Assembly: GCA_964016885.1 (NCBI GenBank)
Contig: OZ024741.1
Coordinates: forward strand, 160,022,001 to 160,086,000
Direction of reading: 5' to 3'
DNA from: Eledone cirrhosa
Lineage: Eukaryota
DNA length: 64,000 bases
Each line of letters starts with the position of its first letter. Positions within the stretch are counted from its first letter, which is position 1. The notes below the pieces were generated by a model, which searched no databases, had not been told where the DNA came from, and saw only the letters and a program-made list of their open reading frames with translations. Positions 22,622 to 35,619 of the stretch are shown piece after piece. The position numbers and the translations under genes were made by a program.

Positions 22622-23945
22622 ACAATCGGGACGACCTTGATTTCATGGCAGTTCCAAATCCTTTTTAACTCCCACTTTAAATCCTGGTATTGGTTAATTT
22701 TCTCCCTCTCCTTTTCTTGCACTCTCGTGTCAAAATGGGTAGGCTACATCTACAATCAGGCACGAATCCTTGGGAGGCGTGAAGATCTTCCAGGGAGCTA
22801 GTTTGTCCCCTCTGCTGTTTGTCCTTGCCCTGATACCCCTGTCCGTTATATTGAGAAAGTGAGAGCAGGATACAAGTTGGGAAAAGGAGAGCTTACCATC
22901 AACCACCTCCTCTTCATGGACGATCTTAAACTTTTGGGAAGAGTGAGAAGGAGTTGGATGTACTTGACACTGTCCGTATTTTCAGCAATGATATATGTAT
23001 GGAATTTGGTATTAATAAGTGTGGAGTCCTAGTGATGAGGAGGTGTATATTGAGCAGAAGCAACGGAATCCAGGTACCAATAGGTGAGATGATAAAGGAA
23101 ATTGACACCGAGGAGAGATACACATATTTAGGTGTTCTGGAGGCAGATGACATCAAGAACAAAAAATGAAGGAATTGATAAGATCTGAGTACATAAGGAG
23201 AGTAAGGAGCGTGTTAAAATCACATCTAAATAGTAGGAATGTCATAAGTGCAGTAAATTCCCGAACTGTGTCTATTGTTAGGTACAGTGCGGGAATTCTG
23301 AAATGGAATGTTGCTGAACAAAAAGAAATGGATAGGAAGACTAGGAAGCTATTGACTATCTACAACATGTTCCACAAGAGGAGTGATGTCGATAGACTCT
23401 ACTTAAAGAGATCTGACGGTGGAAGAGGTCTTATCAGCATAGAGGACTGTGTTCAGATGCAGAAAAACAACCTGCACAAGTATGTGACTAACAGTAGAGA
23501 GCCAATGCTCAAAATTGTACTGAAGGAGAAGACAATAGACCAGGGGATGTCCAAGGAGGAAATAACAACAAGGAGGAAGAGCAACCTTCATGAAAAATCC
23601 CTTCATAGTACCTTCTTTAAGAAAACGGAATTTAGAGATCCACAGACATGGAACTGGTTAAAAAGAGGAGACCTTAAAAAAGCTACAGAAGGAATGCTAA
23701 TGGCTGCGCAAGAGCAAGCCCTCAGAACGAAGTGGGTGAAACAACATATTGACAAGGAGGAGGCTAGCTCACTGTGTAGGATCTGTGGAGAGAGACAGGA
23801 GACTGTGGCTCACATTGTATCCGAGTGTAAACACCTATCCCAGACTCACTATAAAGGCTGGAGACATGATGTGATAGGCAGAGATGTGATAGAAAACGAT
23901 CAGGTGAAGGCGCTATGGAATTTTAGGATACAGACGGAAAAAAAT
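22622..23945. mobile_element. R4/Dong-like family A copy with an internal inversion
   Basis: 22622-22765 is the RLE C-terminal part on the minus strand (KRIWNCHEIKVVPIV); 22766-23945 is the RT-CCHC part on the plus strand, closely matching element A. Confidence 0.88.
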
Positions 23946-24008
23946 ACGGAGGTAACATATTGAAAATTAACAAGAACCTTGGATATAGATACCTTGTAAT
24001 AAAATAAT

Positions 24009-24187
24009 TGTTTCTACTTTAGGCACAAGGCCAGCAATTACCCAGTGCATTACTGGTACTTTATTTTATCAACCCCGTAAGGATGAAAGGCAAAGTCAAC
24101 CTCGGCGGGATTTGAACTCAGATCGTAAAGGGACGTAACTCTGCTGGAAAGCATGGCGTCAAACCCTCTACCGAAAATGCCAATCCA
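24009..24187 (-). mobile_element. SINE family 1 with 18-bp TSD
   Basis: ACCTTGTAATAAAATAAT at 23991-24008 and again at 24188-24205. Confidence 0.92.
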
Positions 24188-24207
24188 CCTTGTAATAAAA
24201 TAATGAT

Positions 24208-24239
<32 letters not shown>

Positions 24240-24504
24240 AGTGTGTGTGTACACGTATTTAGTTTTCCTATAGAGGTAGAGCCCATAGATAAACCACAGG
24301 AGTGTCAGAAGATACGCTGTGACCCCACCCTACAAATTCTAAGAAACTTGTGGAAAAACGCTCACTTTTCTGACAATGAAACTTCACTCTCCTATTGTTG
24401 GATCCTTGATTTCTGGAATCGAATTACCTGTAGTTTTATCAGTTAGAAGTTTCAGAATGACACTAAATATAGATGTTTGTTAAATATTTATTTATCATCA
24501 TTTC

Positions 24505-24840
24505 CATATATATATAATATATATATATAATATATATATATATACATACATAGATACATAGATGCATATATACATACATACATATATACATACATACATA
24601 CATACATACATACATACATACATGCATGCATGCATGCATGCATGCATACATACATACATACATACATACATACATACATGCATGCATGCATACATACATA
24701 ATACATACATACATACATACATACATACATACATACCTATAACCTTATATAACGCTATTTATCTATACGTGTAGAAGCGCTGATGTTTCAAAAGATTTCT
24801 TTACACCAAGAAATATTCCGAGTGCATCTCATCGAATATG

Positions 24841-24876
<36 letters not shown>

Positions 24877-24984
24877 TGTATGTATGTATGTATGTATGTA
24901 TGTATGTTTGTACGTATATGTATGTATGTGTATATATATATATATATATGTATGTATGTACGTATGTATGTATATATATGTATG

Positions 24985-25018
<34 letters not shown>

Positions 25019-25106
25019 TGTATGTATGTATGTATGTATGTATGTATGTACGTATGTATGTATGTATGTGTATATATATATATGTATGTATGTACGTATG
25101 TATGTA

Positions 25107-25137
<31 letters not shown>

Positions 25138-25260
25138 TGTATGTATGTATGTATGTATGTATGTATGTACGTATGTATGTATCTATGTACGTATGTATGT
25201 ATGTATGTATGTATGTATATATGTATGCATGTGTATATGTCTGTGTATGTGTATGTATTG
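24505..25260. repeat. (TACA)n/(TATG)n tetranucleotide microsatellite blocks
   Basis: Directly visible simple repeats. Confidence 0.95.
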
Positions 25261-26131
25261 GTGATTGCAATCTCCAAAATGTTAGACGTGATTGGTACAT
25301 AATTGTTGATCACATACATTTTGCTGAGATTCTGGAGACAATTTTCAATCTGATGACATTTAGAAGAAACCAACAGCTTTGAGGAGAGAATACAACTGAT
25401 AGATAAACAAATAAACCGAGAAAACAAACTTTGTAAGAACAAGAAGTATTTATTTAACTGTTACACACATAAAAACACAAGAATCTATAGTACCGAGTTT
25501 TATTAAGTTTTAAAAGCAACATTCAAATGTTAATAGTGAAAATATTGTGGGTTTTTGTGTATTTTTCTGGTTTCTGTAAAATTATCTCACTAAAGAGTAT
25601 TTAATAAACATATAAATATATCGATATGAATGTATGTATTTATATATCTGTGTACATATGTGTGTGTGTGTGTGTGTGTATTTACGCACATAGGCTCAAA
25701 TATTATAATTATATAATGTATATGTATATGTGTAAATATGTATAAATAAAAAAATATATATGTATACACCACCACCACCATCATCATCGGCATTAACATC
25801 ATCATCATCCAAATCATCATTACCGTTATCATCATCATCATCATCATCATTATCATCATCATCATCTTTATTTTGGGATCTTTAGAGTTGTAAATTTGAC
25901 GGAGAATGTCAACATTCAAGCAGTTTGTTGGTGCGAGATAATGCCCTCGAAAATAGACACATGTGTGTAGATACTCACACATATATATACATATATAGTC
26001 CCATATTCTTGTACGGACACACATACACACACACATATATATATATTGAGCCGATCCTCTGTGAAACGCGCGTAACAGGTCGATACGCAATAAATATGTT
26101 TCATATGTAAACGAAACTTCCTCGGTATTTC

Positions 26132-26180
<49 letters not shown>

Positions 26181-26231
26181 AATATAAGAAATATTGTTAA
26201 TGCAGCGTTATTCTTAAATAACTGTTTTATT

Positions 26232-26307
26232 GCACAATATATATTTCAATGACATGTTTACGCAATGGTTATATCCTTCACAGTCTCCATGTGTCATCAT
26301 CAGATGC
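26232..26307 (-). ncRNA. Degenerate type I hammerhead ribozyme-like motif
   Basis: Minus strand GCAT CTGATGA TGACA...TGTCATT GAAA TATATA TT GTGC; a more decayed inverted partner lies at 26581-26657. Confidence 0.5.
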
Positions 26308-26314
26308 TCATACA

Positions 26315-26500
26315 ATAATTGGTTCTACGTTTGGCACAAGGCCAGCAATTACCCAGTGCATTACTGGTACTTTATTTTATCGACCCCGTAAGGATGAAAG
26401 GCAAAGTTAACCTCGGCGGGATTTGAACTCAGAATTGCAAGAGCCTAACTCTATACGTCAAAGCATGGCGTCCGACCCTCTACCGATACTGCCAATCCAA
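26315..26500 (-). mobile_element. SINE family 1
   Basis: Consensus match; inserted between the arms of an old inverted repeat. Confidence 0.9.
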
Positions 26501-26903
26501 TGAGCTGTAGTTAAGAAAGTATGCAGATATGCCGCTGGTAATGTATTACCATCTTGGGGTGAATAGTCATAATTGTATGAACATCTGATGATTTCACACG
26601 GAGAATGTCAATGATATAATCATTCCATAACCATGTCACTGAAATATATATTATTCAATTAAACAATTATGTAAAAGAAACCCTGTCTTAACAATATTTC
26701 GTAAAGGGAAACTTCATCAAACCTAATCGCCGACACTTCGTTGGGGTTACCTTACTGGCGTGGAGTGCTTTTGGACACCATAAATAATTTATTTTCGCGG
26801 CGTTAATACGTAACCTCCCTAATTATCTGTACTATATATATAGAGAGAGAGAGAATAAGGAAAAGCGAAGTAGTTTCAGATGTTCAAGTCCTTTAATAAT
26901 AAT

Positions 26904-26977
26904 GCTGTGATATATATTTCAGTGACGACACTGGCCACACTGTTCTGCGTGCGAGTGCCGTGTCATCATCAGACAGC
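26904..26977 (-). ncRNA. Type I hammerhead ribozyme-like motif
   Basis: Inverted copy of the motif at 27815-27888. Confidence 0.65.
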
Positions 26978-27814
26978 TTGTTACATAATAAGGTTATGTT
27001 TCCGAGGCAATCCAAATTGGATCGACATGGGAACGGATGAATTGCGTGTTTTCTTTGATTTTGTTCCATGTGATGGAAATTATGACTGTGTACCAGATTG
27101 ACTAATGCCTAGAGCCCTGTAGTTTGCCCTCTGTTATAATGTACGGCACTGTCGTTCAATATGTGGATAGAGTAACTGTGACACTAGAATCCCTCTCAGA
27201 ACATATTACTTAAACATCTCTCTCCATATTATTTACTCACTTCAGTCTATATTTTTACTCACCTCAATCCGAATTATCACCTGAAAAGAATTTTTTTTTA
27301 ATTCTTTAATTTCTAATTGTTAATTTCTTAATTGTTTAATTTATAATTTCTGATATTTGATTTAGGATTTTAATTTTTATTTCCAACTCTCACTCTTAAC
27401 TTCCAACGTAAAACCATGATACCTAGAATTAAGTTTATTTTCCCTTATAAGGTGATGGTCAGTCGTACCGTCAACGCTTAGTGAGGGGTAGTATTATGAC
27501 CTGTAAAAACTAACACTCTCCCATCCCCTCTGGCTCTCGGCTGACTGCCACAGCCGTGATGGGTAGCAGTAAAATATGGTACAGGCATTGGTGGGCCATT
27601 GTTTTGGCTGAGAGGGTGAACTGACTAAGCGAATTTCGTTGAAATCTGCGGTGGCTAATGGTCAACTTCCTTCGGACATGCGCTTGCGCAGGCCGGTGGT
27701 GGTGAATTGGTACTCACAAGGGAGTGGATGAAAAACCCCAAAACACGCAATTCATCCGTTCCCATGTCGATCCAATTTGGATTGCCTCGGAAACATAACC
27801 TTATTATGTAACAA

Positions 27815-27888
27815 GCTGTCTGATGATGACACGACACTCGCACACAGAACAGTGTGGCCAGTGTCGTCACTGAAATATATATCACAGC
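27815..27888 (+). ncRNA. Type I hammerhead ribozyme-like motif
   Basis: GCTGT CTGATGA [TGAC..GACACT / AGTGTC GTCA] CT GAAA T-ATAT-A TC ACAGC: stem I GCTGT/ACAGC, AUC triplet, palindromic stem III loop, 2 extra nt before GAAA. Confidence 0.7.
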
Positions 27889-28010
27889 ATTATTATTAAA
27901 GGACTTGAACATCTGAAACTACTTCGCTTTTACTTATTCGATATTTACTCCGTCACTCCTATGTGGAAAAATACGTTGAGTGCTTGAATTGAATTGCATC
28001 AATAGTTACC

Positions 28011-28067
<57 letters not shown>

Positions 28068-28069
<2 letters not shown>

Positions 28070-28259
28070 CAAAGGAGATGTGGCTATGAATCAGATGGAC
28101 CATAACGCACCAGAGTGCTCAATACTTAGGGTAGTAGAGTAGGTAATCGGAAAATGTTTAACCCCGACGGCAGAGCTCAAGCCGTTTCATCGCCTATCTC
28201 AGTTCAGAAATAGCCGTCGAATCGGCTTGAGCTCTGCTGTCGGGGTTAAACATTTTCCC
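28068..28259. repeat. Hairpin-containing dispersed repeat (copy 2)
   Basis: Homologous to 22074-22270; hairpin at ~28149-28258; flanked by (TA)n and (CT)n. Confidence 0.8.
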
Positions 28260-28337
28260 CTCTCTCTCTCTCTATATATATATGTATATATATATATAGT
28301 TCACCATATATATATATATATATATATATATAGTTCA

Positions 28338-28395
<58 letters not shown>

Positions 28396-28440
28396 CGTAA
28401 AATAAGAAAATTATAAAATTAACTTACTTACTAAAAAATC

Positions 28441-28523
28441 ACTTCCAACTAATTAGTTTCTGGAATGGAGTAAATATATTTTCCGAAGAAATTTATTGAA
28501 AATCATTCCGTCATCAGGAAAGT
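28441..28523 (-). ncRNA. Type I hammerhead ribozyme-like motif
   Basis: Inverted copy of the motif at 28709-28791. Confidence 0.62.
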
Positions 28524-28708
28524 CTTTTCCACTGATTGACCTCGATGTCACGTGATTGATTCTTTTTGAATTTGCCACGGACGTAGAGGCAGTGATTTTC
28601 TCAATGGCTTGGAATCCAGTCCACGCATCGCTATTTCCATTCCACTGAATTATTTTTTTAATAAGTTTCCAGTGTCCTCGCTATGCCTGGAGACCTATAC
28701 GGAAAAAG

Positions 28709-28791
28709 ACTTTCCTGATGACGGAATGATTTTCTATAAATTTCTTCGGAAAATATATTTACTCCATTCCAGAAACTAATTAGTTGGAAGT
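28709..28791 (+). ncRNA. Type I hammerhead ribozyme-like motif
   Basis: ACTTTC CTGATGA C-GGAATG...CATTCC-A GAAAC TAATTA GTT GGAAGT; stem I has one GU pair, GUU triplet, C/A mismatch at the base of stem II. Confidence 0.65.
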
Positions 28792-28957
28792 GATTTTTTA
28801 GTAAGTAAGTTAATTTTATAATTTTCTTATTTTACGTCTCTCATATTATTGTTCTGCAACCCCATGCATTGAACCACATTGTTAATAAGACAAAACCTAT
28901 ATATTTGCTAGCATTGATATGCATCTGTGTGTATATATATGTTACTAGATATAAATT

Positions 28958-29036
<79 letters not shown>

Positions 29037-29326
29037 CATATATATATATACAAGCCCATGATATTCCTGACCGAAGAGGGCACTTACCCTTTATATACCC
29101 ACGTACACACATACACACACACAGATGCACATACACACACACATACACATATATGATACAATGATATCTGTATAAATACAGAGTGCGTAATCGAGACTGT
29201 ACCAATGTGTATAAATATATACACGTATCAAATATGTAGGCATGTAAACATGTCAGAACATACGTATATCTGTAAATTGAAAGAATGATAAACACTTTTA
29301 ATCGATTTTCTATTGAATAAAACAAT

Positions 29327-29772
29327 TCTTCTTCTTCTTCTTCTTCTTCTTCTTCTTCTTCTTCTTCTTCTTCTTCTTCTTCTTCTTCTTCTTCTTCTTC
29401 TTCTTCTTCTTCGTGGGTACAGATTCCTCAGACTTGTCTCCTAGAGTATCCTGTCAGAAGAAACCAATTGATCCAGCTGGATCCCAAGAAGATATCAAGC
29501 AAATTCATGGACGTTCTGGAACCATCTTGCTCAGTTTTGATTTTGTCCTTAAAACTTGTACTGCGATTCTTTCTCTAGACAATCTAACCACATGTCCGTA
29601 GTACCGGAGCTGTGATACCCCGATGCGAGGAAGTAGTGATTTTACCTGTAAAGACTCTCAGATCTCAGAGTTACGCACCCTAACCAGTAACGTTACTCCA
29701 GTCACCCTTCAGACAAAACCACATTTCTACGGCTTGTATTTGTGATTGTATTCTTTCCGTCACCATCCCAGA
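29327..29772 (-). mobile_element. Degenerate RTE-like LINE 3' fragment with (GAA)n tail
   Basis: Minus-strand translation SQLRYYGHVVRLSRERIAVQVLR; (CTT)n tract at 29327-29412. Confidence 0.65.
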
Positions 29773-29819
29773 TTAATGACCATAGGTTCGGATAGGCACT
29801 ATGGCCGATTTGGAGACGA

Positions 29820-30350
29820 ACGCCACCACTAACACCACCAGCACCATCACCACTACCATCATCATCATAATTGTCATATTCATCATCATCACCCTCGACA
29901 TGGTCACCATCATCACCGTCAGTAGAACCACCATCATTACCACTATCACCACCACCACCACCACCACCACTATCAACAATCCCACTCCTATCATCGTCAC
30001 CACCATCATCATCATCATCCTCACCATTATTATCGTTGCCCCAACATCATCGTCACCGATACGATCATCACGACCATTATCGTCGTTTTTAGCATCATCA
30101 TCATCACCGTCAGTACAACCACCACCATCATCACCACTACCACCACCACCACCACCACCATCACCACCACCACCACCACCGTCATCACCACCACCATCAC
30201 CACCACCACGACCACCACCGCCACCACCACCGTCACCACCACCACCACCGCCACCGCCATCACTACCATCGTTTCCATAGTCATGTTTATCACAATCATC
30301 ATCATTATACCCTCCTCCTCCCCTCCCCCTCCTCCTCCTCCTCCTCCTCC

Positions 30351-30383
<33 letters not shown>

Positions 30384-31560
30384 CCATCATCATCATCGTC
30401 ACCATCGTTACCATGATGATAATCGTAGCCGCCAACAGAATTTGTGTACAGCTGGTAATTTCTGAGTGTACGATATTATATGTGGCTGTGTGTATGTGTG
30501 TATGTGTGTGTATGTGTGTATGTGTGTATGTGTGTATGTGTGTATGTGTGTATGTTTGTGTGTATGTATGTGTGTATGTGTGCATGTGTGTATATGTGCA
30601 TATGTGTATGTTTGTGTGTATGTTGTGTATGTGTGTATATGTGCATATGTGTATATGTGTGTACGTGTGTATGTGTGTATGTTTGTGTATGTTGTGTATG
30701 TGTGTATATGTACATAAGTGTATATGTGCGTATGTGTGTATGTGTGTACGTTTGTGCATATGTGTGTATGTGTGTATGTGTATGTGTGTGTGTATGTGTG
30801 TATGTGTATATGTGTGTATGTGTGTATGTGTGTGTGTGTATGTGTATGTGTGTATGTGTATATGTGTGTGTGTGTATGTGGGTTGGAGAGAAACGGGTGT
30901 TGTGATATTGTTCAATCAGTCGAGATTGTAATCAAGACGTCTCAATATTAAAAAGATGGTGGGTAGTGGGTGGGGGAGTCGGAGGTAGGATTTGACAAGT
31001 GGTGGTGGTGTTGTTGTTGTTGTTGTTGGTGGTGGTGGTGTTGTTGTTGTTGGTGGTGTTGTTGTTGTTGGTATTGTTGTTATTGTTGTTAGTGGTGGTG
31101 GTGATGGTGTTGTTGTTGTTGGTGGTGGTGGTGGTGGTGGTGGTGGTGGTAAGGATGGTGGTGGTAGTGAGGATGATGATGGTGGTGGTGGTAAGGATGG
31201 TGGTGGTGAGGAGGATGATGATGGTGGTGGTGGTGGTGGTGAGGATGATGATGGTGGTGGTGGTAGTGTTGTTGTTGTTGTTGTTGGTAGTGAAGGTAGT
31301 GGTGGAGGTTGGATGTGGGTGGGAGTGTGACAAGTGTTGTTGTTGTTGTTCCCAGCAGTGGCGGTGGTGGCGAAGATGATGGTTGGTGGTGTTGTTGATA
31401 TTGTCGTTGTTGGTGGTGAAGGTAGTGGTGTGAGGTTGATGGTGACGGTAATCGACGTGGTGGTCGCGGTGTTGTTGTTGTTGTTGTTGTTGTTGTTGAT
31501 GGTGGTGGTGGCGAGAGTGGTGGTGAATGGGGTGGTGAATGTGACGGTGGGGATGTGGGC
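29820..31560. repeat. Compound (CAT/CAC)n, (TG/TATG)n and (GGT/GTT)n low-complexity repeats
   Basis: Directly visible. Confidence 0.9.
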
Positions 31561-31754
31561 AATACCGTAGTGGTAAGAGATATCCTCTCAAGGAGGGTGG
31601 TTAGTCTCTCTTAGACGAATCTCTCTTACGTGTTAATTCACATACGTCTATATATCTCTCTTCCACTTTCTCCCAGTTCCTATCTAGCTATCTATCTGTC
31701 TTTCTGGCCGTCTCTCTGTCTCTCCCTCTCTTTGTCTGTCTGCCTCTCTGTCTA

Positions 31755-31880
31755 TCCGTTATTCTGAGTTCAAATCCCGTCGAGGTTAACTTTGCCTTTC
31801 ATCCTTACAGGATCGATAAAATAAAGTACCAGTAATGTTCTGGGTATTTGCTGGCCTTGTGCCAATAGTAGAAACAGTTA
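31755..31880 (+). mobile_element. SINE family 1, 5'-truncated
   Basis: GAGTTCAAATCCC...GGCCTTGTGCCAATAGTAGAAAC. Confidence 0.85.
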
Positions 31881-31985
31881 TATTTAGCTATCTATCTACC
31901 TATGTGTTTCTCTATTTATTCATCTATCTATCTATTTATCTATCTCTCTGTCTATTAATTTCTTAATTTCTCTCTCTCTCTCTCT

Positions 31986-32041
<56 letters not shown>

Positions 32042-33682
32042 TTATCCATCTGTCTATCTGTCAATCTATCTATCTAACCAACTAGCTGTCTATTTACAAA
32101 CACACACACATGCACACACGCACATACACATACACACACATACACACACATACAAACACTGAAATGCAAAAAACTACACACAAGCACAAACCTACATTCG
32201 TACATACTACAAACAGTTAAAGATACACATACAAACACAAATACTCTCACTCACACACATATATATACACACTCACACACACACACACACAAGAACACAC
32301 GTACAGAAACCTATACACAAACACACACACAAAATCATGCAGACACAGAAACCTACACACACAACGCAAAAGCACACACGCACAGAAACCTACACACACA
32401 CGCGCGCGTACACACACACACACTCACACACACTCACACACACACACGCACACTCACACATTCACACACTCACACACACACTCACACACACACAAGCAAG
32501 CAAACGCGCATGCGCTAGCACATATATGCGAAATGTCTTGCCTGCAGATATTTTATAACCCTTGTAATCTGGACTCAGAATAATATCTTCTTCTAAATGG
32601 ATGAATGTTTATTTATTTTTTTTTGCCGTTGTTCTTATTTTTTATGTAATCTCGCTACTAATGATTTTTTTTGTCAAATTAAATTTCTGAGGATTAATCT
32701 AGGATTGATCGTAGAATTCATGTTTATAATGAAACAAATAACAAAATGTCGATGAAGATTTAAACACTTTAATGACACTGAATTCTACACAAGGCGAATG
32801 AATATTTGATACAAATTATATTGTATTTTGTTTTGTCTTGTTTTTATTTTTGATTAGGTACGCAGTTTATTTTGATTGAGGAAGACATTTTTAAAAGCTT
32901 TCTCAGTAGATAACGTATTACACTATGATATTATCTTATCGTTTATTAGTTCAAACCCACACTGCAGATGTTTCTTTCGTCTGTATAGGGCAGATGACTA
33001 TACTATTTCACATTGTTTCAAGAGCGGAAGCTCCTACGTGGTCGTATGATGTGCTAGAAATAGTAGCAAAATTACATTTTTTTTTTTTCTTTCTGTTTTA
33101 GGCAAAAAAGAGAAACGTGGGACAAGGAGAGGAGGGAGATCTGGCTAGAATACTTACTAAAAAGCCAGGCGGTGGAATTAAACCGGGCGACGTATTAAGC
33201 CTATCACGAAAGTAAGCTTCAGTGTTATTTGAACTCAGAACACAAAGAGACCGGCATTCTAATAATACTTTCTTTCGGCGATCCCTAAATGGATGACATG
33301 CATAGTTAACCTCAGCCAGAACAAATACCACAAGATATTTTGTTCTCGCTCTAACTACTTCACTATTTCTAAATACTACCTGTTATGTAGCATAATAAAG
33401 TCTATGATAAGCTAAATCTGTCCGAGACGTTATGGTCACAGATAGAATAATATGATCCTGATTTCTTAGATGAGCTCCATTAGAGTCGAGCTAGGACTAT
33501 ACAATACTAACATAGACTCAGTTACAGGTTTTGTGGGGAATATCAGATTGTAGACCATCATGACACACGACTTCGACATCCTCCAGCTGAGGCCACCCGG
33601 CATACTCAAACCACCAGTCTCTCACTTTCTACGTTCTCTAACAAAGTCCACCCCAACTCACCGGTTTCGTCTTACTAATTCC

Positions 33683-33755
<73 letters not shown>

Positions 33756-33919
33756 CACTATATCATTCTCATCATCTCTCTCTTTCTTCCTCTTTCTTTT
33801 TCTTTCTCCGTCTAGATCTATTCTCTCACAATTGGTTCAATCTGGAATTTATTCGTCACTCATACATTTGATATAAACAGCTGGGATGAACGGTATCACC
33901 ACCATTACTACGGCAAAGA

Positions 33920-35545
33920 CTATTACCACCACCACCACCACTACCCCCCCCCCCCACTACCACGACGACAACGACCACCACCACCACCACCATTTCCACC
34001 ACCACCACTATCACCACCACCACCACTTCTACAACCACCACCACTACCACCACCACCACCACCACTACTACCACCACCAGCATCACTACCACTACAACCA
34101 TATCCACCATCACCACCACCGCTACTACTACCACCACCACCACTACTACTACTACTACTACCACCTCCACCACCACCACTAACACCACCAACAACCTCAC
34201 CACTACCACCACCACCACCACCACTACCACCACCACCACCACTATCACCACCACCACCACCACTACCACCACCACCACCACTATCACCATCACCACCGCC
34301 ACCACCACCACCACCACCACCACCACCACCAACACCATCAACAACCTCACCACTACCACCACCACCACCAACAACAACACCACCACCATCACCACCACCA
34401 TCACCACCACCACCACCACCACCATCACCATCACCACCACCACCACCACCAACACCATCAACAACCTCACCACTACCACCACCACCACCACCACCACCAC
34501 CACTAACACCACCAACAACCTCACCACTACCACCAACACCACCACCATCACCACCACTATCACCACCACCACCACCACCACCACCACCATCACCATCACC
34601 ACCGCCACCACCACCACCACCAACACCATCAACAACCTCACCACTACCACCACCACCACCACCACCACCACCACGAACAACAACAACAACAACACCACCA
34701 CCACCACCATCACTACCACCACCACCACCAACAACCACCACCACCACAACTACCACCCCCACCAACACCAACAACACCACCACCACTAACACCACCAACA
34801 ACACCACCACCACTAACACCACCACCACCAACACCAACACCAACACCACCACCACCACCACCACCACAACTAACACCACCACCACAACCACCACCACCAC
34901 TACCACCACCACTACCACCACCACCACAACCACCACCACCAGTACCACTACCGCCATCACCACTACCACATCCACTACCACCGCCATCACCACTACCACC
35001 ACCACTACCACCACCACCACCACTAGCACCACCACCACCACCACCGCCACCACTACCACCACCACCACCACCACCACCACCACCACTACCACCACCACCA
35101 CTAGCACCACCACCACCACCACCACTACCACCACCACGCCACCACCACCACCACCACCACCACCACTAGCACCACCACCACCACCACCACCACCACTACC
35201 ACCGCCATCACCACTACCACCACCACTACCACCACCACCACCACCACTAGCACCACCACCACCACCACCACCACCACCACTACCACCACCACCACTAGCA
35301 CCACCACCACCACTAGCACCACCACCACCACCACTACCACCACCACGCCACCACCACCACCACCACCACCACCACTAGCACCACCACCACCACCACCACT
35401 ACCACCGCCATCACCACTACCACCACCACTACCACCACCACCACCACCACCACCACCGCCACCACTACCACCACCACCACCACCACCACCACCACCACCA
35501 CCACTACCACCACCACCACCACCACCACCACCACCACGCCACCAG
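33920..35545. repeat. (ACC)n-derived low-complexity array with internal higher-order duplications
   Basis: ACC/ACT/ATC triplets; recurring AACACCATCAACAACCTCACCACT and CTAGCACC subunits. Confidence 0.9.
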
Positions 35546-35619
35546 TGTCATCAGTACCTCATCCGTCAATTATCACCATCATCTGTGTTTCTTCTTGATT
35601 CAATGACAATGGCGCCGTA

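Larger units (their letters stand above)
26853..28012. mobile_element. Penelope-like non-coding unit with ~200-bp inverted pseudo-LTR arms
   Basis: 26853-27052 is a near-exact reverse complement of 27740-27939; each arm carries a hammerhead-like motif; the unit ends in (TA)n. Confidence 0.7.
28386..28846. mobile_element. Penelope-like inverted pseudo-LTR unit (~145-bp arms)
   Basis: 28386-28530 is a near-exact reverse complement of 28701-28846; a hammerhead motif lies in each arm; starts directly after (TA)n. Confidence 0.7.

Noticed and set aside
25345-25385. CTGATGA...GAAAC hammerhead-like words
   Set aside because: No stem II and no valid NUH/stem III geometry.
26880-27912. Duplicated 73/85-aa ORFs (MFKSFNNNAV...)
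   Set aside because: They are antisense readings of the hammerhead-containing inverted arms, with no protein features.
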